Shown here piece by piece: positions 1 to 10,674 of a stretch of DNA of 64,000 bases. Every line of letters begins with the position of its first letter. The first letter of the stretch is position 1. The stretch lies in sequence record SRR22947725_3004, one strand, 5' to 3'. Made by a program: the position numbers and the translations under genes. The notes under the pieces are model-generated. The model was not told the DNA's origin and ran no database searches. It worked only from the letters and a program-made list of their open reading frames with translations.

Positions 1-2
1 TG

Positions 3-1586
3 CTTTTAGTCAAAGAAGGCAGTCAAGTGCTGCGCGAAATTCCCCTGGTAAAAGCGATTGCCGATTTTGAGGCGAAACCCGCAGGGGGAGAAAAATACGG
101 CAAGGTCAAGGATACCCTGGACGATGATCCTCGCAATGGCTGGTCCACTCGTGGTGATGAGCTGAGTCCTAGTCGTATCGCTGTTTTTGCTTTGGAAGAG
201 CCGCTTCAACTGACGGAGGACGAATCGTTGGATTTTGTTATGATGCACCGTTCGACTCTTGGCGATGCCAACGTGGGGCGGTTTCGGGTTTCCATTTCCG
301 ATCAGCCCGGTGAGGCGGTTCGTCGTTTTGACCCAATGCCGCTCGCACAATTAGCTTCCATCGTGAACGGGGTTGGAGGTGCTGTGACTCTCGATTTACG
401 TCGTCAATTAGAGCAACAATTCCTCGAGGATCATCCTTCTTATCAGAAAGAGAAAGTGCGGTTTGAGCGAATGAAGGCGCATTTCAACGAATTAAAGCAA
501 GCCATTGCTTCGCAGAAAGTGATGGTTCTGGGAGAAAGAGAAAAGACCAGAGAAACGCATGTGCTTGTTCGAGGTGTTTGGGACAACAAAGGGGAGATCG
601 TGCAACCGGGGCTGCCAGCCGCCATCCGGGGTGGTGCCTCCAAAGAGGCAGGCACACGACGAGAACTGGCTGAGTGGCTGGTTTCGCGTGAACATCCCTT
701 GACCTCACGAGTGATTGTGAATCATCTCTGGCAGCTCGTTTTCGGGGCTGGACTGGTGAGGACGCCTGATGATTTTGGATTACAGGGAGAACAACCGACA
801 CACCCGGATTTGTTGGATTGGCTGGCAGTGGAGTTGATGGAGAGTGGATGGGATGTTCGCCACATGCTGCGGCTCATGGTGACGAGTCAAACTTACCAGC
901 AAAGCAGTCACGTGGTTCCTGATTTGTTCGAACGAGATCCTTACAATCGACTCTGGGCACGAGCCTCGAGGCATCGGCTTCCGAGCTGGATGCTTCACGA
1001 TGCGGTTCTTAAAACCAGTGGTTTGCTCAATCCGGTTTTAGGTGGCCCCTCTGTCAGGCCGTTCCAACCTGTGGGGATCTGGCAGGATATATTCATGGGG
1101 CGCTTTACCTATCGGCCCAGCCCCGGTTCAGCGCGTTACCGAAGGATGTTGTATTCCTTCTGGAGGCGAACAAGTGCGCCTGCGTTTTTATTCGATCAGG
1201 CCCAGCGTCGTGTCTGTGAAGTCCGGGCACGGCTTACGAATACACCGCTTCAAGCGCTGACTCTTTTGAATGATGAAGCCATCCTGGAAGCTGCCCATGC
1301 GCTTTCGGGTCGATTTCTTTTGGAGGGTAAAAACGAGGAAGAAGGTCTGCGTTTGATTGGGCAAGAAATCCTTTGTCGTGATCCTCATGACCAGGAGTGG
1401 GCGGTCATCCTTTCAAAATGGAAAGAAGCCAGAAAGCATTATTCTGGTAACCCCGATGAAGCCCGTTCTTTGCTGACTATCGGCCAACAAATTCCCATTT
1501 CATCGTTGGATGCGGTGGAGCATGCTTCCATGATGTGGGTGGCGAACATGATCTTTAATCTGGATGAGGCAATCACACATGAGTAG
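3..1586 (+). CDS. DUF1553 (PSD1) domain protein, 5' end outside window
   Basis: Frame is open from the window edge. It has the motifs HPLTSRVIVNHLWQ..FG.GLV.TP.DFG..G..PTHPDLLDWLA and TNTPLQAL, and is followed by a DUF1501 gene as is typical. Confidence 0.9.
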   Translation, partial: LLVKEGSQVLREIPLVKAIADFEAKPAGGEKYGKVKDTLDDDPRNGWSTRGDELSPSRIAVFALEEPLQLTEDESLDFVMMHRSTLGDANVGRFRVSISDQPGEAVRRFDPMPLAQLASIVNGVGGAVTLDLRRQLEQQFLEDHPSYQKEKVRFERMKAHFNELKQAIASQKVMVLGEREKTRETHVLVRGVWDNKGEIVQPGLPAAIRGGASKEAGTRRELAEWLVSREHPLTSRVIVNHLWQLVFGAGLVRTPDDFGLQGEQPTHPDLLDWLAVELMESGWDVRHMLRLMVTSQTYQQSSHVVPDLFERDPYNRLWARASRHRLPSWMLHDAVLKTSGLLNPVLGGPSVRPFQPVGIWQDIFMGRFTYRPSPGSARYRRMLYSFWRRTSAPAFLFDQAQRRVCEVRARLTNTPLQALTLLNDEAILEAAHALSGRFLLEGKNEEEGLRLIGQEILCRDPHDQEWAVILSKWKEARKHYSGNPDEARSLLTIGQQIPISSLDAVEHASMMWVANMIFNLDEAITHE

Positions 1587-3048
1587 ACAAGAGAACATGC
1601 AGGCTGCACGAAGGTTGGACATTACGAGACGTTTTTTTCTCGGTAAATGCACGGGTATAGGCCTTGGGGCCATGGCGCTGGCTGATTTATTGAAATCAGG
1701 AGCCAAGCTCAATGCATCGACAACCGACCAGGAGCTTCATCCAGCGATAGGCCAACTTGCACCTCGGGCCAAAAGAGTCATTTTTTTAACCCAGTCGGGT
1801 GGGCCTTCTCAGATTGAACTCTTTGATCATAAACCCGGCTTGAAAAAGTGGGCTGGGAAGGAATTGCCCGAGAGCGTTCGCCAAGGGCAGCGATTGACGA
1901 CGATGACGTCGAATCAGAAGCAATTGGTCATGCCCTCCCGCACTTCCTTTGAGCGATGCGGGCAGAGTGGGGCAACGATTGGTGAGTGGATGCCGCATCT
2001 CAAAAAAGTGGCGGACGAACTTTGCTTCATCAAATCGATGACTACCCATGAGATTAATCATGCACCTGCCATGACTCATTTTTTGACCGGTCATCAAATT
2101 CCCGGTCGTCCGAGTATGGGCGGTTGGGTGAGTTATGGGCTTGGAAGTGAAAATAAGGATCTACCTGATTTTCTGGTTCTGCTTTCGAAGATGCGGCGCC
2201 CGACGGATCAGCCTCTCTACGATCATTATTGGGGGAGTGGCTTTCTTCCCTCCAGATATCAGGGAGTCAAGTTGCGCAACTCAGGGGATCCCGTACTCTA
2301 TCTCAAGGATCCAGAAGGATTGCCTCGCCACCTGCGCCGCAGCATGTTGGATGGTTTGTCCGAATTGAACAGCATGCGTCTGGCTGAAACCGGTGACCCC
2401 GAGATTGCGACTCGAATCCGGCAATACGAAATGGCTTACCGCATGCAGTCGAGTATTCCTGGATTAACGGATCTTAGCGACGAACCAGAATCGACTTTTG
2501 AGTTATACGGTCCTGATTCAAGACGTCCCGGAAGTTATGCTGCAAACTGTATTCTTGCCCGTCGCTTGGCGGAACGTAATGTGAGGTTTACTCAATTGTT
2601 TCATCCTGATTGGGACCATCATAGTCGCTTGAGTTCATGGTGCGTTGCTCGTTGTCGAGACACCGACCAGGCAAGTGCTGCACTCATTCAAGACCTGAAA
2701 CAGCGAGGGCTTTTGAATGACACCCTGGTCATATGGGGCGGGGAGTTTGGGCGCGGTGTTGCAGGGCAGGGGAAATGGGACAGTCCCGAAGGTGGGCGAG
2801 ATCATCATCCTCGTTGTTTTACCATGTGGATGGCAGGTGGCGGTATCAAACCTGGGATGACCTGGGGAGAAACAGACGATTTCAGTTACAACGTGGCTCG
2901 CGATGCGGTACACGTAAATGACCTTCATGCCACCGTGCTCCACCTTCTCGGAATCGATCATCAACAGTTTACTTATCGATTTCAGGGATTGGATTTTCGA
3001 TTGACTGGTGTGGAAGAATCCAAAGTGGTTCAAAGCCTTCTGGCATGA
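1579..3048 (+). CDS. DUF1501 domain protein (Tat-exported)
   Basis: Twin-arginine TRRFFLG; motifs RAKRVIFL..SGGPSQIELFD.KP, WGGEFGR and GRDHHP. The ATG at 1579 overlaps the upstream gene end. Confidence 0.92.
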   Translation: MSRQENMQAARRLDITRRFFLGKCTGIGLGAMALADLLKSGAKLNASTTDQELHPAIGQLAPRAKRVIFLTQSGGPSQIELFDHKPGLKKWAGKELPESVRQGQRLTTMTSNQKQLVMPSRTSFERCGQSGATIGEWMPHLKKVADELCFIKSMTTHEINHAPAMTHFLTGHQIPGRPSMGGWVSYGLGSENKDLPDFLVLLSKMRRPTDQPLYDHYWGSGFLPSRYQGVKLRNSGDPVLYLKDPEGLPRHLRRSMLDGLSELNSMRLAETGDPEIATRIRQYEMAYRMQSSIPGLTDLSDEPESTFELYGPDSRRPGSYAANCILARRLAERNVRFTQLFHPDWDHHSRLSSWCVARCRDTDQASAALIQDLKQRGLLNDTLVIWGGEFGRGVAGQGKWDSPEGGRDHHPRCFTMWMAGGGIKPGMTWGETDDFSYNVARDAVHVNDLHATVLHLLGIDHQQFTYRFQGLDFRLTGVEESKVVQSLLA

Positions 3049-3285
3049 GGGAGGAGTTAAAGGTTTCTGCCCGGCAGGGTTTGGGTGGATCTGATTAGAG
3101 AGAGCAGATGCATTCTGTGCCTGTCTGATTGCGATGGCTGGTCTTCCTAGTCAGGTTAAGCTTCACAGTTTTCAATGCACCCCATCGTATCTGCCTTCTC
3201 CTCATATTGAATGATTCTTCTCACTGTGAGGCAGCGCAATTTAATATTGTCTGTTTGACAGCCTTCGTGAATGGTTGAGGATCTT

Positions 3286-3948
3286 ATGGCGACTGACAAA
3301 ATAAAGGGGATCATCTTTGATCTGGATGGCACATTGATTGACTCTCTGGCGGACATTGCAACCGCAGCAAACGCTGTCCTGGAACAGTTTGGTTTTGCGG
3401 TTCATCCTATTCAGGACTACCGCATTTTTGTGGGAGATGGTGTCAATGTCCTGATGGAACGCATTGTTCCCGGCCAGGAATTGACCGATGAGTTCAAGAT
3501 GAAGTTCCTTCTAGCCTGGAAAAAGGAATACTCGAAACAATGGAATGTCCAGACCCTTCCCTATGATGGCATCCTCGATCTGGTAAACGAGCTCAAAAAA
3601 GGAGACTACCGGCTGGGCGTGCTTTCCAATAAACCTCAGGAATTCACGCAGGCTTGTGTGGCCGAGTTTTTTGAGTCTGACTTGATGAAGCCTGTCTGGG
3701 GGCTTTGCGAGGATCGCCCCAAAAAACCAGATCCAAAAGGGGCTCTTGAAATGGCCTCAGAGTGGGGGTTAGCACCGGAAGAAATACTCTATGTCGGAGA
3801 TACGAGTACGGACATGCAGACAGCGGTCAACGCCGGGATGTGGCCACTTGGTGTTTCCTGGGGCTTTCGTTCCAAAGACGAACTGTTGGCTCACGGCGCT
3901 CGTTCCATCATTGATCACCCCATGGATTTAATGAAAATAGTGTCATAA
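3286..3948 (+). CDS. HAD-family hydrolase (phosphoglycolate phosphatase-like)
   Basis: Motifs FDLDGTL, SNK, KPDP and VGD..TD. Start is 3271 or 3286. Confidence 0.88.
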   Translation: MATDKIKGIIFDLDGTLIDSLADIATAANAVLEQFGFAVHPIQDYRIFVGDGVNVLMERIVPGQELTDEFKMKFLLAWKKEYSKQWNVQTLPYDGILDLVNELKKGDYRLGVLSNKPQEFTQACVAEFFESDLMKPVWGLCEDRPKKPDPKGALEMASEWGLAPEEILYVGDTSTDMQTAVNAGMWPLGVSWGFRSKDELLAHGARSIIDHPMDLMKIVS

Positions 3949-4088
3949 ATCGAAAGCGGTGGTTGACACAGGGGAGGAAAGTGGATTTGAATCGCTGGCC
4001 AAATCCAACAAACACTTCCACAGGCATTTTTTTGTGGATGATAAATCAAAATCTTGAAGCGCGCACGAAAAGTGCTTAGTTAAAAACC

Positions 4089-5120
4089 GTGTCCACTGAA
4101 GAGAACAAAGAACGCAAGCCCTTGAAAATGGTGCAGTGCGGTGGGTGTGGAGCCAAGGTGTTTATCCCTGGCGACCTGAAGCCGCTTGCCACGACACCGT
4201 GTTCCAAGTGTGAGAGCCCCATCATGATGCCCATGATGATGCGGCAGTTCAACCTCCTGCGTCCGATTGCAGAAGGTGGCATGGGGATTGTTTATCGAGC
4301 ATTCGACACCACTCTGGAGAGGGAAGTCGCGGTCAAGCTGATGAAGGCTGAGTTGGCTGATGACAAGGAAGTTCTTGAAGGCTTTTATCGAGAAGCGCGC
4401 GCGTGCGCCTGCCTGAATCATACCAATATCATCCATATTTACGCCTTCGACGAACTAGAAGGAATGCGTTACCTTGTGATGGAGGTCGCTGACAATGGTA
4501 GTCTGGACGGACGTATTGAAGATCACGGTGTGATCGATGAATTACTGACCCTTGATGTAGGTATCAAGATGTCATCGGCTCTCGAATCCGCTCTTGCGCA
4601 AAACCTTCTGCACCGTGACCTGAAGCCTGCGAACATTCTTTTCAACAAAGAAAATGAGCCCAAACTTGTGGATTTTGGACTTGCGGTGAATGCCGATGCA
4701 GATCAAGACGTTCACGGTACGGTTTGGGGTACTCCCTACTACATTGCTCCTGAGAAAGTGAAGCGAGAAGGCGAAACATTCCTGTCCGACATGTACAGCC
4801 TGGCTGGAACGCTTTATCATGCATTGACCGGGCACGTTCCTTTTGAGGCGCCCAGTATTGAGGAAGTGGTCGCAGCACATGTTCACACGGATTTAACGCC
4901 TCCGAACCATGTGGTGCAGTCGATTACTCAGCCAACCAGCGACGCCATTTACCGAGCGATGGCCAAAGAGCCTTCACATCGATACCAAAGTTATGGTGAG
5001 TTTATCATGGCTTTGGAAAATGCGCGAAGTCAGCTACTAGTAAATCAGATGAGATCCGGGGTGGCTGCTGCAGCTGTTCCTCCCCCAGAAGCGAGTGGTA
5101 AAGGCTGGTTTCGTCGCTAA
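4089..5120 (+). CDS. Hanks-type Ser/Thr protein kinase with N-terminal Zn ribbon
   Basis: GGMGIVY, VAVK, HRDLKPAN, DFG, GTPYYIAPE; N-terminal CGGC...CSKC. Confidence 0.93.
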   Translation: MSTEENKERKPLKMVQCGGCGAKVFIPGDLKPLATTPCSKCESPIMMPMMMRQFNLLRPIAEGGMGIVYRAFDTTLEREVAVKLMKAELADDKEVLEGFYREARACACLNHTNIIHIYAFDELEGMRYLVMEVADNGSLDGRIEDHGVIDELLTLDVGIKMSSALESALAQNLLHRDLKPANILFNKENEPKLVDFGLAVNADADQDVHGTVWGTPYYIAPEKVKREGETFLSDMYSLAGTLYHALTGHVPFEAPSIEEVVAAHVHTDLTPPNHVVQSITQPTSDAIYRAMAKEPSHRYQSYGEFIMALENARSQLLVNQMRSGVAAAAVPPPEASGKGWFRR

Positions 5121-5376
5121 TGCTGGATATCATCCGACGTTGGCGTTACTGATCCTATCCTCCTCACCTTGATCCCAAGACTACCCTTCTTTTGCAGGGA
5201 ACTCCTTTCTATTCATCCATAGCTGCGATTAATCGACCACCTTTGCTTGCTCACGCGGTGACCTTGTTCGAATGCGAGCTTGCTTTGACTGGTTTGTTGA
5301 TGATTTAATCATGCCTTACCCGCACCGATTCGCACGGTGAATGAGAAATTGCAGTTCAACGACCAATCAGATTTTT

Positions 5377-5934
5377 ATGGCTACGGCAAATGATTTAAGA
5401 AAGGGACAGGCGATCAGCTATAACGGAGACGTTTGCGTGATTTTGGAAATGCAGCACCGTACTCCCGGTAACTTGCGAGCCTTTGTGCAAGTTATCATGC
5501 GAAGCATTAAGACAGGCAAATCTTCTGATGTCCGTTTCAGCTCCACCGAAAAGGTAGAAATCATTCCATTGTTCAACAAGAAGATGGAATTCAGTTACAA
5601 GGATCAGCAAGATTTCGTTTTCTGTGACCCCGAGACTTATGAGATGGTAACGATTACCCCTGAGATCGTGGGTGACGCGAAAAACTATCTGACTGAAAAC
5701 GGTCAGGTGAACGTGACCTTTGTGGAAGAACGTGCCGTCTTGGTCGAAATTCCTGCGAGTGTGATTTTGACCGTTTCGGAAGCCCCCGAGGGCATTAAAG
5801 GTGATTCAGCGAACAACGTTCAAAAGCCTATCACGCTGGAGACAGGAATTTCCATTCAAGCACCTTTGTTCATCAAGACAGGTGAAAAAATCCGTGTTGA
5901 TACTCGCACCGGCAAATACATGGAACGTGCCTGA
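5377..5934 (+). CDS. efp: Translation elongation factor P
   Basis: 185 aa; DLRKG, PGIKGD-like PEGIKGDSA, KP.TLETG and P.FIK.GE.IRVDTR.G.Y.ERA. The loop reads PGNLR. Confidence 0.97.
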   Translation: MATANDLRKGQAISYNGDVCVILEMQHRTPGNLRAFVQVIMRSIKTGKSSDVRFSSTEKVEIIPLFNKKMEFSYKDQQDFVFCDPETYEMVTITPEIVGDAKNYLTENGQVNVTFVEERAVLVEIPASVILTVSEAPEGIKGDSANNVQKPITLETGISIQAPLFIKTGEKIRVDTRTGKYMERA

Positions 5935-6011
5935 TCCAGATCCGGCAGCAGCCTGTGCGCCAAGAGAATTCCTTTCTGAATGGGTTCCCCTTTTGCTTGT
6001 TGGAATCTACC

Positions 6012-7058
6012 TCAATCTCGGTTGAGAAGGTTAGGTCGTGGCTTATATTTTTTGCTCAATGCAAGTGATTCAGGCAAGGAGAGAATACCTCCTGTGCAAG
6101 TCGGATTGGCCAGCGAGGCAGCCGCCGCACAGACGCCTACTTTGAGAGAGTGTTGAATTTCCCAGCCCTCATGGAGTCCAAAGAGTACACCGGCACAAAA
6201 GGCATCACCCGCACCTGCCGCACCTGCAATGTATTTCTGAGGCAGTTTGAGGGAAGATTGCCAGAAATCCTGTCCATCCAGTGTCCGCGCAAATGCTCCT
6301 TCGGGGAAATGGATAACCACCAGTTCTCTGATTCCGCATTGAAGGAGTGATCCGGAAGCATGACGCAAAGCCACGGTATCGAGCTTGCCGTCATCGGTGC
6401 GAATTTTGAATCCCGTTGTTCTTCCTGCTTCAAATTCATTGAGGACACAGTAATCCGTGTGCTTGAGTGCGGGTTTAACTATTTTTGCAAACCGATCACT
6501 GTCTTCGCTGACCACATCCACGGATGTTTTCAATCCGGCAGCTTGTGCAGTTGCCAATATTTTGGCGGCACAAGTCCCATACCTCGTATCAGGGCTATCC
6601 ATCGCGTCGAGCAATAACAAGTATCCCAGATGGAAAATTTTAGCGGAGGTGGCTTCGAAATCGATTTCTTCACCTTTCCACAGAGCATTGGTGCCGCGAT
6701 AATGAAAGAAGGTTCGTTGCCCCGTCTTTACCTCGGTCATCACATCGGTATAAGAAGTGTCTGCTTCTCTGGATGAACTCAAATGTTTGGTTTGAATCTT
6801 ATGCTTTTTGCAGTCCGCAATAATGCAATCACCCAGAGCGTCCTTGCCCACCAGCCCAGCTGCATGCAACGGGAATTTGGCACCCAGCTTGGCCAGATCA
6901 ACAAGGATGTTATAAGGTGAGCCGCCTGTGCCTTGAGACTGCATGCTGATATTGGCCAATGATTCTTTCTGCGGGAAAACATCAATCATTTTAACCTGAT
7001 CAATGATCCAGTTTCCTCCTGCGAGGATACCCTTTCGCGTCTTTTTCCTTGTTGCCAT
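6012..7058 (-). CDS. PfkB/ribokinase-family carbohydrate kinase
   Basis: GGSPYN, GLVGKD..G, NEFE and the GAGDAF anion hole. Start placed at MATRKK. Confidence 0.9.
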   Translation of the reverse strand: MATRKKTRKGILAGGNWIIDQVKMIDVFPQKESLANISMQSQGTGGSPYNILVDLAKLGAKFPLHAAGLVGKDALGDCIIADCKKHKIQTKHLSSSREADTSYTDVMTEVKTGQRTFFHYRGTNALWKGEEIDFEATSAKIFHLGYLLLLDAMDSPDTRYGTCAAKILATAQAAGLKTSVDVVSEDSDRFAKIVKPALKHTDYCVLNEFEAGRTTGFKIRTDDGKLDTVALRHASGSLLQCGIRELVVIHFPEGAFARTLDGQDFWQSSLKLPQKYIAGAAGAGDAFCAGVLFGLHEGWEIQHSLKVGVCAAAASLANPTCTGGILSLPESLALSKKYKPRPNLLNRD

Positions 7059-7791
7059 TTTATGCCTGCAATGTGTGATTAGATGGTCCCATGAAGCACC
7101 TTGGATGAACCCGTTCATAATGAAACGGTAGATTGGGTGCCAATAATACAATCAATGTTAAGAAGAATTTTGTGAATCCACCAGAGAAAAGAATGTTCTC
7201 CCATTAACAGGGCGACCATAGTGTTCTCAATCAATCTCCGATCCTATTTGTTTTCACAAGGCTTTTCATTTTTCTTGCCTTCGTAATAATTTCCACCGGC
7301 TTGCCCGATGCCTGATGAAAATATCGTGGTGAAGTGGGTCTGGCGAGGCAGAGGTCAAAGTAAAAAAAAGAGTCTTTTTTACGGGAGTTGTCTCCTTTAT
7401 CCGCTTCATAACTTCCAGCTGCTCTTGGATCTGCGGAATTAGAGTGGGTAGTTTGAATGTCTTTTATGAGTCTGAGTATCCGTTCGGGGCTTCATATCAC
7501 ATATTTGATTCTTGGAGGCATAAGTCTTGGCGATAATGGGATCGATGTGGATATTTGCTCTGTTCGTTAAATTATGTTGAGCGCATTGCTCTATGACCAT
7601 GAGTGAAAATCAGCTCATCAATATCGCTACACCATTATCAACAAAATTAAAATTTGCGAACTCGAGTAACTTGCAATCTGGATGGTTTGCAGAAACATTT
7701 CCTCGAATTATGAAATCGTTGTTTCTTGAATACCCTCGCGAAAGTTCAGACTGTGAAAAGCCGGGGAATTCAGGCATGGCAATGCTTACGA

Positions 7792-7820
7792 TTGTCATGA
7801 GGCGATCAATGGTTTAGCCT
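7792..7820 (+). promoter_or_regulatory. Candidate sigma70 promoter (leaderless) for the gene at 7828
   Basis: TTGTCA-N17-TAGCCT, then 7 nt to the ATG. Confidence 0.5.
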
Positions 7821-7827
7821 CCTGTTC

Positions 7828-8304
7828 ATGGCTCATCGAATTTGGCTTTTTTCATCGATCCTTTTTCTTGTCTGCTCGCTCGCCCTTTTGGGTGAGGAGA
7901 CGAAAAGTTCCGCCCGTATTTTGAAAGTGCTCCCTCACCTGTTGGATACAAATGGAAAACATGCTTTATCACCGAGCCTTTTTGAGCGTGATGCTTATCA
8001 AACGCATCTCAAAAGCCATTCGGAAGAAGTTTCAACTTTGCGGTTGGATGTTAACTGGATGTTGCGGGAGAGATTTGATTTACCTCTGGAATTACGAGTT
8101 GAAGTAAGATTTGGAAGCGGTAACTCCATTCAGACACTGAAAGCCAAAACGTCGTTGCGACCCAAAAAACTCCGAAAGCGCGGCTGGACCTCTGTTCAGT
8201 TAAAAAAAGAAGAATACGATGCTGCTGCTAATCTCATCGCATGGCGTGTCACGGTCTGGAATGGGGCACAGCAGATCGCATCGCAAAAAAGTTTCCTTTG
8301 GTGA
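7828..8304 (+). CDS. Hypothetical exported protein
   Basis: Hydrophobic signal-like N-terminus; 158 aa; C-terminal SFLW; promoter-like element directly upstream. Confidence 0.75.
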   Translation: MAHRIWLFSSILFLVCSLALLGEETKSSARILKVLPHLLDTNGKHALSPSLFERDAYQTHLKSHSEEVSTLRLDVNWMLRERFDLPLELRVEVRFGSGNSIQTLKAKTSLRPKKLRKRGWTSVQLKKEEYDAAANLIAWRVTVWNGAQQIASQKSFLW

Positions 8305-8364
8305 ATCTCATCCAGATGCCAAGTGCCTGTATGTGGCTGAAATATTTCGTTGATGTTGCTCGAG

Positions 8365-10425
8365 TCATTGAACTCGAAGCTCTTCAAACACGCCATCCGG
8401 TAATTCTGAGATGAATCGAGATGGGGTCTGCATGAAATCACCGGCTCCTCGTTGCGCAAATCGCATCAAGGGATAGCAAAGGTAAAGCTCGTCCATTGCC
8501 CGAGTGGCCGCGACGTAAAAAAGGCGGCGCTCTTCCTCTTCCGTATCCTGATTCTCTGTTGATCGTTCGGACGGAAATAACCCCTCACAAAGCATAATGA
8601 CGAAAACCACTTTAAACTCAAGTCCCTTGGCCTGATGTATCGTGGATAATTTGATACGTTCCTCATCGGCTGTCGTATCCTGCTGCTTGTTGGGAGTCAT
8701 ATCAGTTTCCAGCGCAAGCTGAGTCAGAAAGGATTCAGGCGTCTCAAATTGTTGCGCATATGCGGCAAGCTGTTCAAGGTCCTCCAGCCGATTGCGATAG
8801 TTTGCATATTCCTCCTTCAGATAATCTTCGTAGCCTGCGTCGAGTACATGGCGAATCATCAGGGGGACGCTTTTGCGTATCCCGGGATCTTCCATTTGTT
8901 CGATAGTGGCGTGAAATTGCTCGAAAGCATCTTTGGATTTTCTAGGAACGTTTGTTGTGCATGCAGTCAGCCCCGGAACCAAAGAAAGTCTGGGCGTCCA
9001 ATTGGGATCGCTCTCCTGCGAATCGCTGTTGGCTGGAACTTGATTGCCTTGGGCATTTAACAGGCCGGATTGAAAATGTTGCCAAAGTTTTTCGGCGCTT
9101 TTGATTCCAATGCCGGGCATCATTTTGATGATACGTTTGAATGATAATTCATCCCCTGGATTCACGAGGAGTTTGATGTAAGCTGCGACGTCCTTCACGT
9201 GGGCTTGTTCAAAAAAGCGGATGCCACTGGTAATTGAAAATGGAATGTTCCGGCTAGTCAGTTCCATTTGCAATTCCATCGCGTGAAAATGAGAGCGGTA
9301 AAGGATGGCCATTTCGTTCAGCTCAATGCCCTCATCTCTCAATTCCAGCGCTTTTTGAGCTACGAACATTGCCTGTTCATGAGCGTCATTGGTGACGACT
9401 ACCATGGGTTCAGGTCCTGTTGGTCGGGCGGGTTCGAGTTGTTTCTCGAATTGCTGATCGTTGGATCCTATGACCGCATTTGCAAAACTCAATATCTGAG
9501 GTGTGCTGCGGTAATTTGTCTCTATCTTGTGAACCGTGGCGTCCTTATAGCGTTTTGGAAATTCGAATATATTGGCAAAGTGTGCGCCACGCCAGGAATA
9601 GATGCTTTGTGAGTCATCGCCTACGACCATGACATTCTGATGACGGGCACCCATCAGGTCCACGAGGTCGCTTTGGATGCGATTGGTATCCTGATACTCG
9701 TCCACCAGGACAAACTGGAATTGCCGTTGGTATTGTTCCAGGACGCTCTCGTTCTGACGCAACATGTCCAGCCATAAAACCAGAAGATCATCGAAGTCCA
9801 TCATGTTGTTTGAGCGTTTCCGTTTCTGGTAAAGCTTCATCACGATTTCCATTTGTTCGGTGAGGTGTGCAAAGTAGGGGAACTGTCGTTCCAACAGCGT
9901 TTCCATCTTACACTGTTTATTTGCAACCAGTGAAAAAATGTCCGCCAGCACTTTTGCCTTTGGAAATCGAGTCGCTTTGATATCGATCTTGGCTTCACCT
10001 ACGCAAGCACTCATGAGATCAGTGGCATCTTCTCGATCCATGATCGTGAAATCCTGTTTAAATCCAATGCAATCAGCGTGGCGACGCAACATTCTGGCTC
10101 CAATGGAATGGAAAGTTCCCCCCCAGACAACGTAGGCTTCGTTGCCGAGTAAGTCACCGACACGCTCCATCATTTCGCGTGCCGCCTTGTTGGTAAAAGT
10201 AAGGAGAAGGATTCGGTCGGCGGGAATACCTTGCTCCAGCAAGTAAGCGACCCTGTAAGTCAGCGTGCGGGTCTTACCGGCACCTGCACCTGCGATTACC
10301 AGGGCAGGGCCCTTTGGGGAAGTGACTGCGGCGTATTGTTGGTCATTCAACTCACCACGATAATCGATTCGCAATTCCACATCGGATTTGACGATATTTC
10401 GTTGCAACTGGTATTCCTTTGCCAT
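8365..10425 (-). CDS. UvrD/PcrA/Rep SF1 DNA helicase
   Basis: AGAGAGKT, TFTNKAA, DEYQD, VGDDSQSIY, NYRS, TIHQAKGLEF, EERRLFYVA.TRA. Start placed at MAKEY. Confidence 0.96.
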   Translation of the reverse strand: MAKEYQLQRNIVKSDVELRIDYRGELNDQQYAAVTSPKGPALVIAGAGAGKTRTLTYRVAYLLEQGIPADRILLLTFTNKAAREMMERVGDLLGNEAYVVWGGTFHSIGARMLRRHADCIGFKQDFTIMDREDATDLMSACVGEAKIDIKATRFPKAKVLADIFSLVANKQCKMETLLERQFPYFAHLTEQMEIVMKLYQKRKRSNNMMDFDDLLVLWLDMLRQNESVLEQYQRQFQFVLVDEYQDTNRIQSDLVDLMGARHQNVMVVGDDSQSIYSWRGAHFANIFEFPKRYKDATVHKIETNYRSTPQILSFANAVIGSNDQQFEKQLEPARPTGPEPMVVVTNDAHEQAMFVAQKALELRDEGIELNEMAILYRSHFHAMELQMELTSRNIPFSITSGIRFFEQAHVKDVAAYIKLLVNPGDELSFKRIIKMMPGIGIKSAEKLWQHFQSGLLNAQGNQVPANSDSQESDPNWTPRLSLVPGLTACTTNVPRKSKDAFEQFHATIEQMEDPGIRKSVPLMIRHVLDAGYEDYLKEEYANYRNRLEDLEQLAAYAQQFETPESFLTQLALETDMTPNKQQDTTADEERIKLSTIHQAKGLEFKVVFVIMLCEGLFPSERSTENQDTEEEERRLFYVAATRAMDELYLCYPLMRFAQRGAGDFMQTPSRFISELPDGVFEELRVQ

Positions 10426-10674
10426 AAACGCAGGGATTGTGCATGGGAACTTCAAATGCGGCAAAGCAAATTGGTGGATTGTGGGTCTTTCGGACTCATC
10501 TCTGACAGGGGAAAACAGACATGCCCTGATTGCATTCGGCCATCTTGTGTGGTGCATTGTTTCCAGGAAATGGGATCATTCAAGCAAAAGCGCCTTCAGT
10601 GGAGCAGGTAAAACCAACACGCTTCGTTTCTGTTCCAGGTTGTCATGATCTGCCTTTTGTCGCATCATGCACTG

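Noticed and set aside
7059-7791. ~730-nt gene-free gap with short ORFs (7593-7817, 7610-7798) and an A8/T6 hairpin at 7360-7382
   Set aside because: No recognisable protein or RNA motif; treated as a divergent promoter region.
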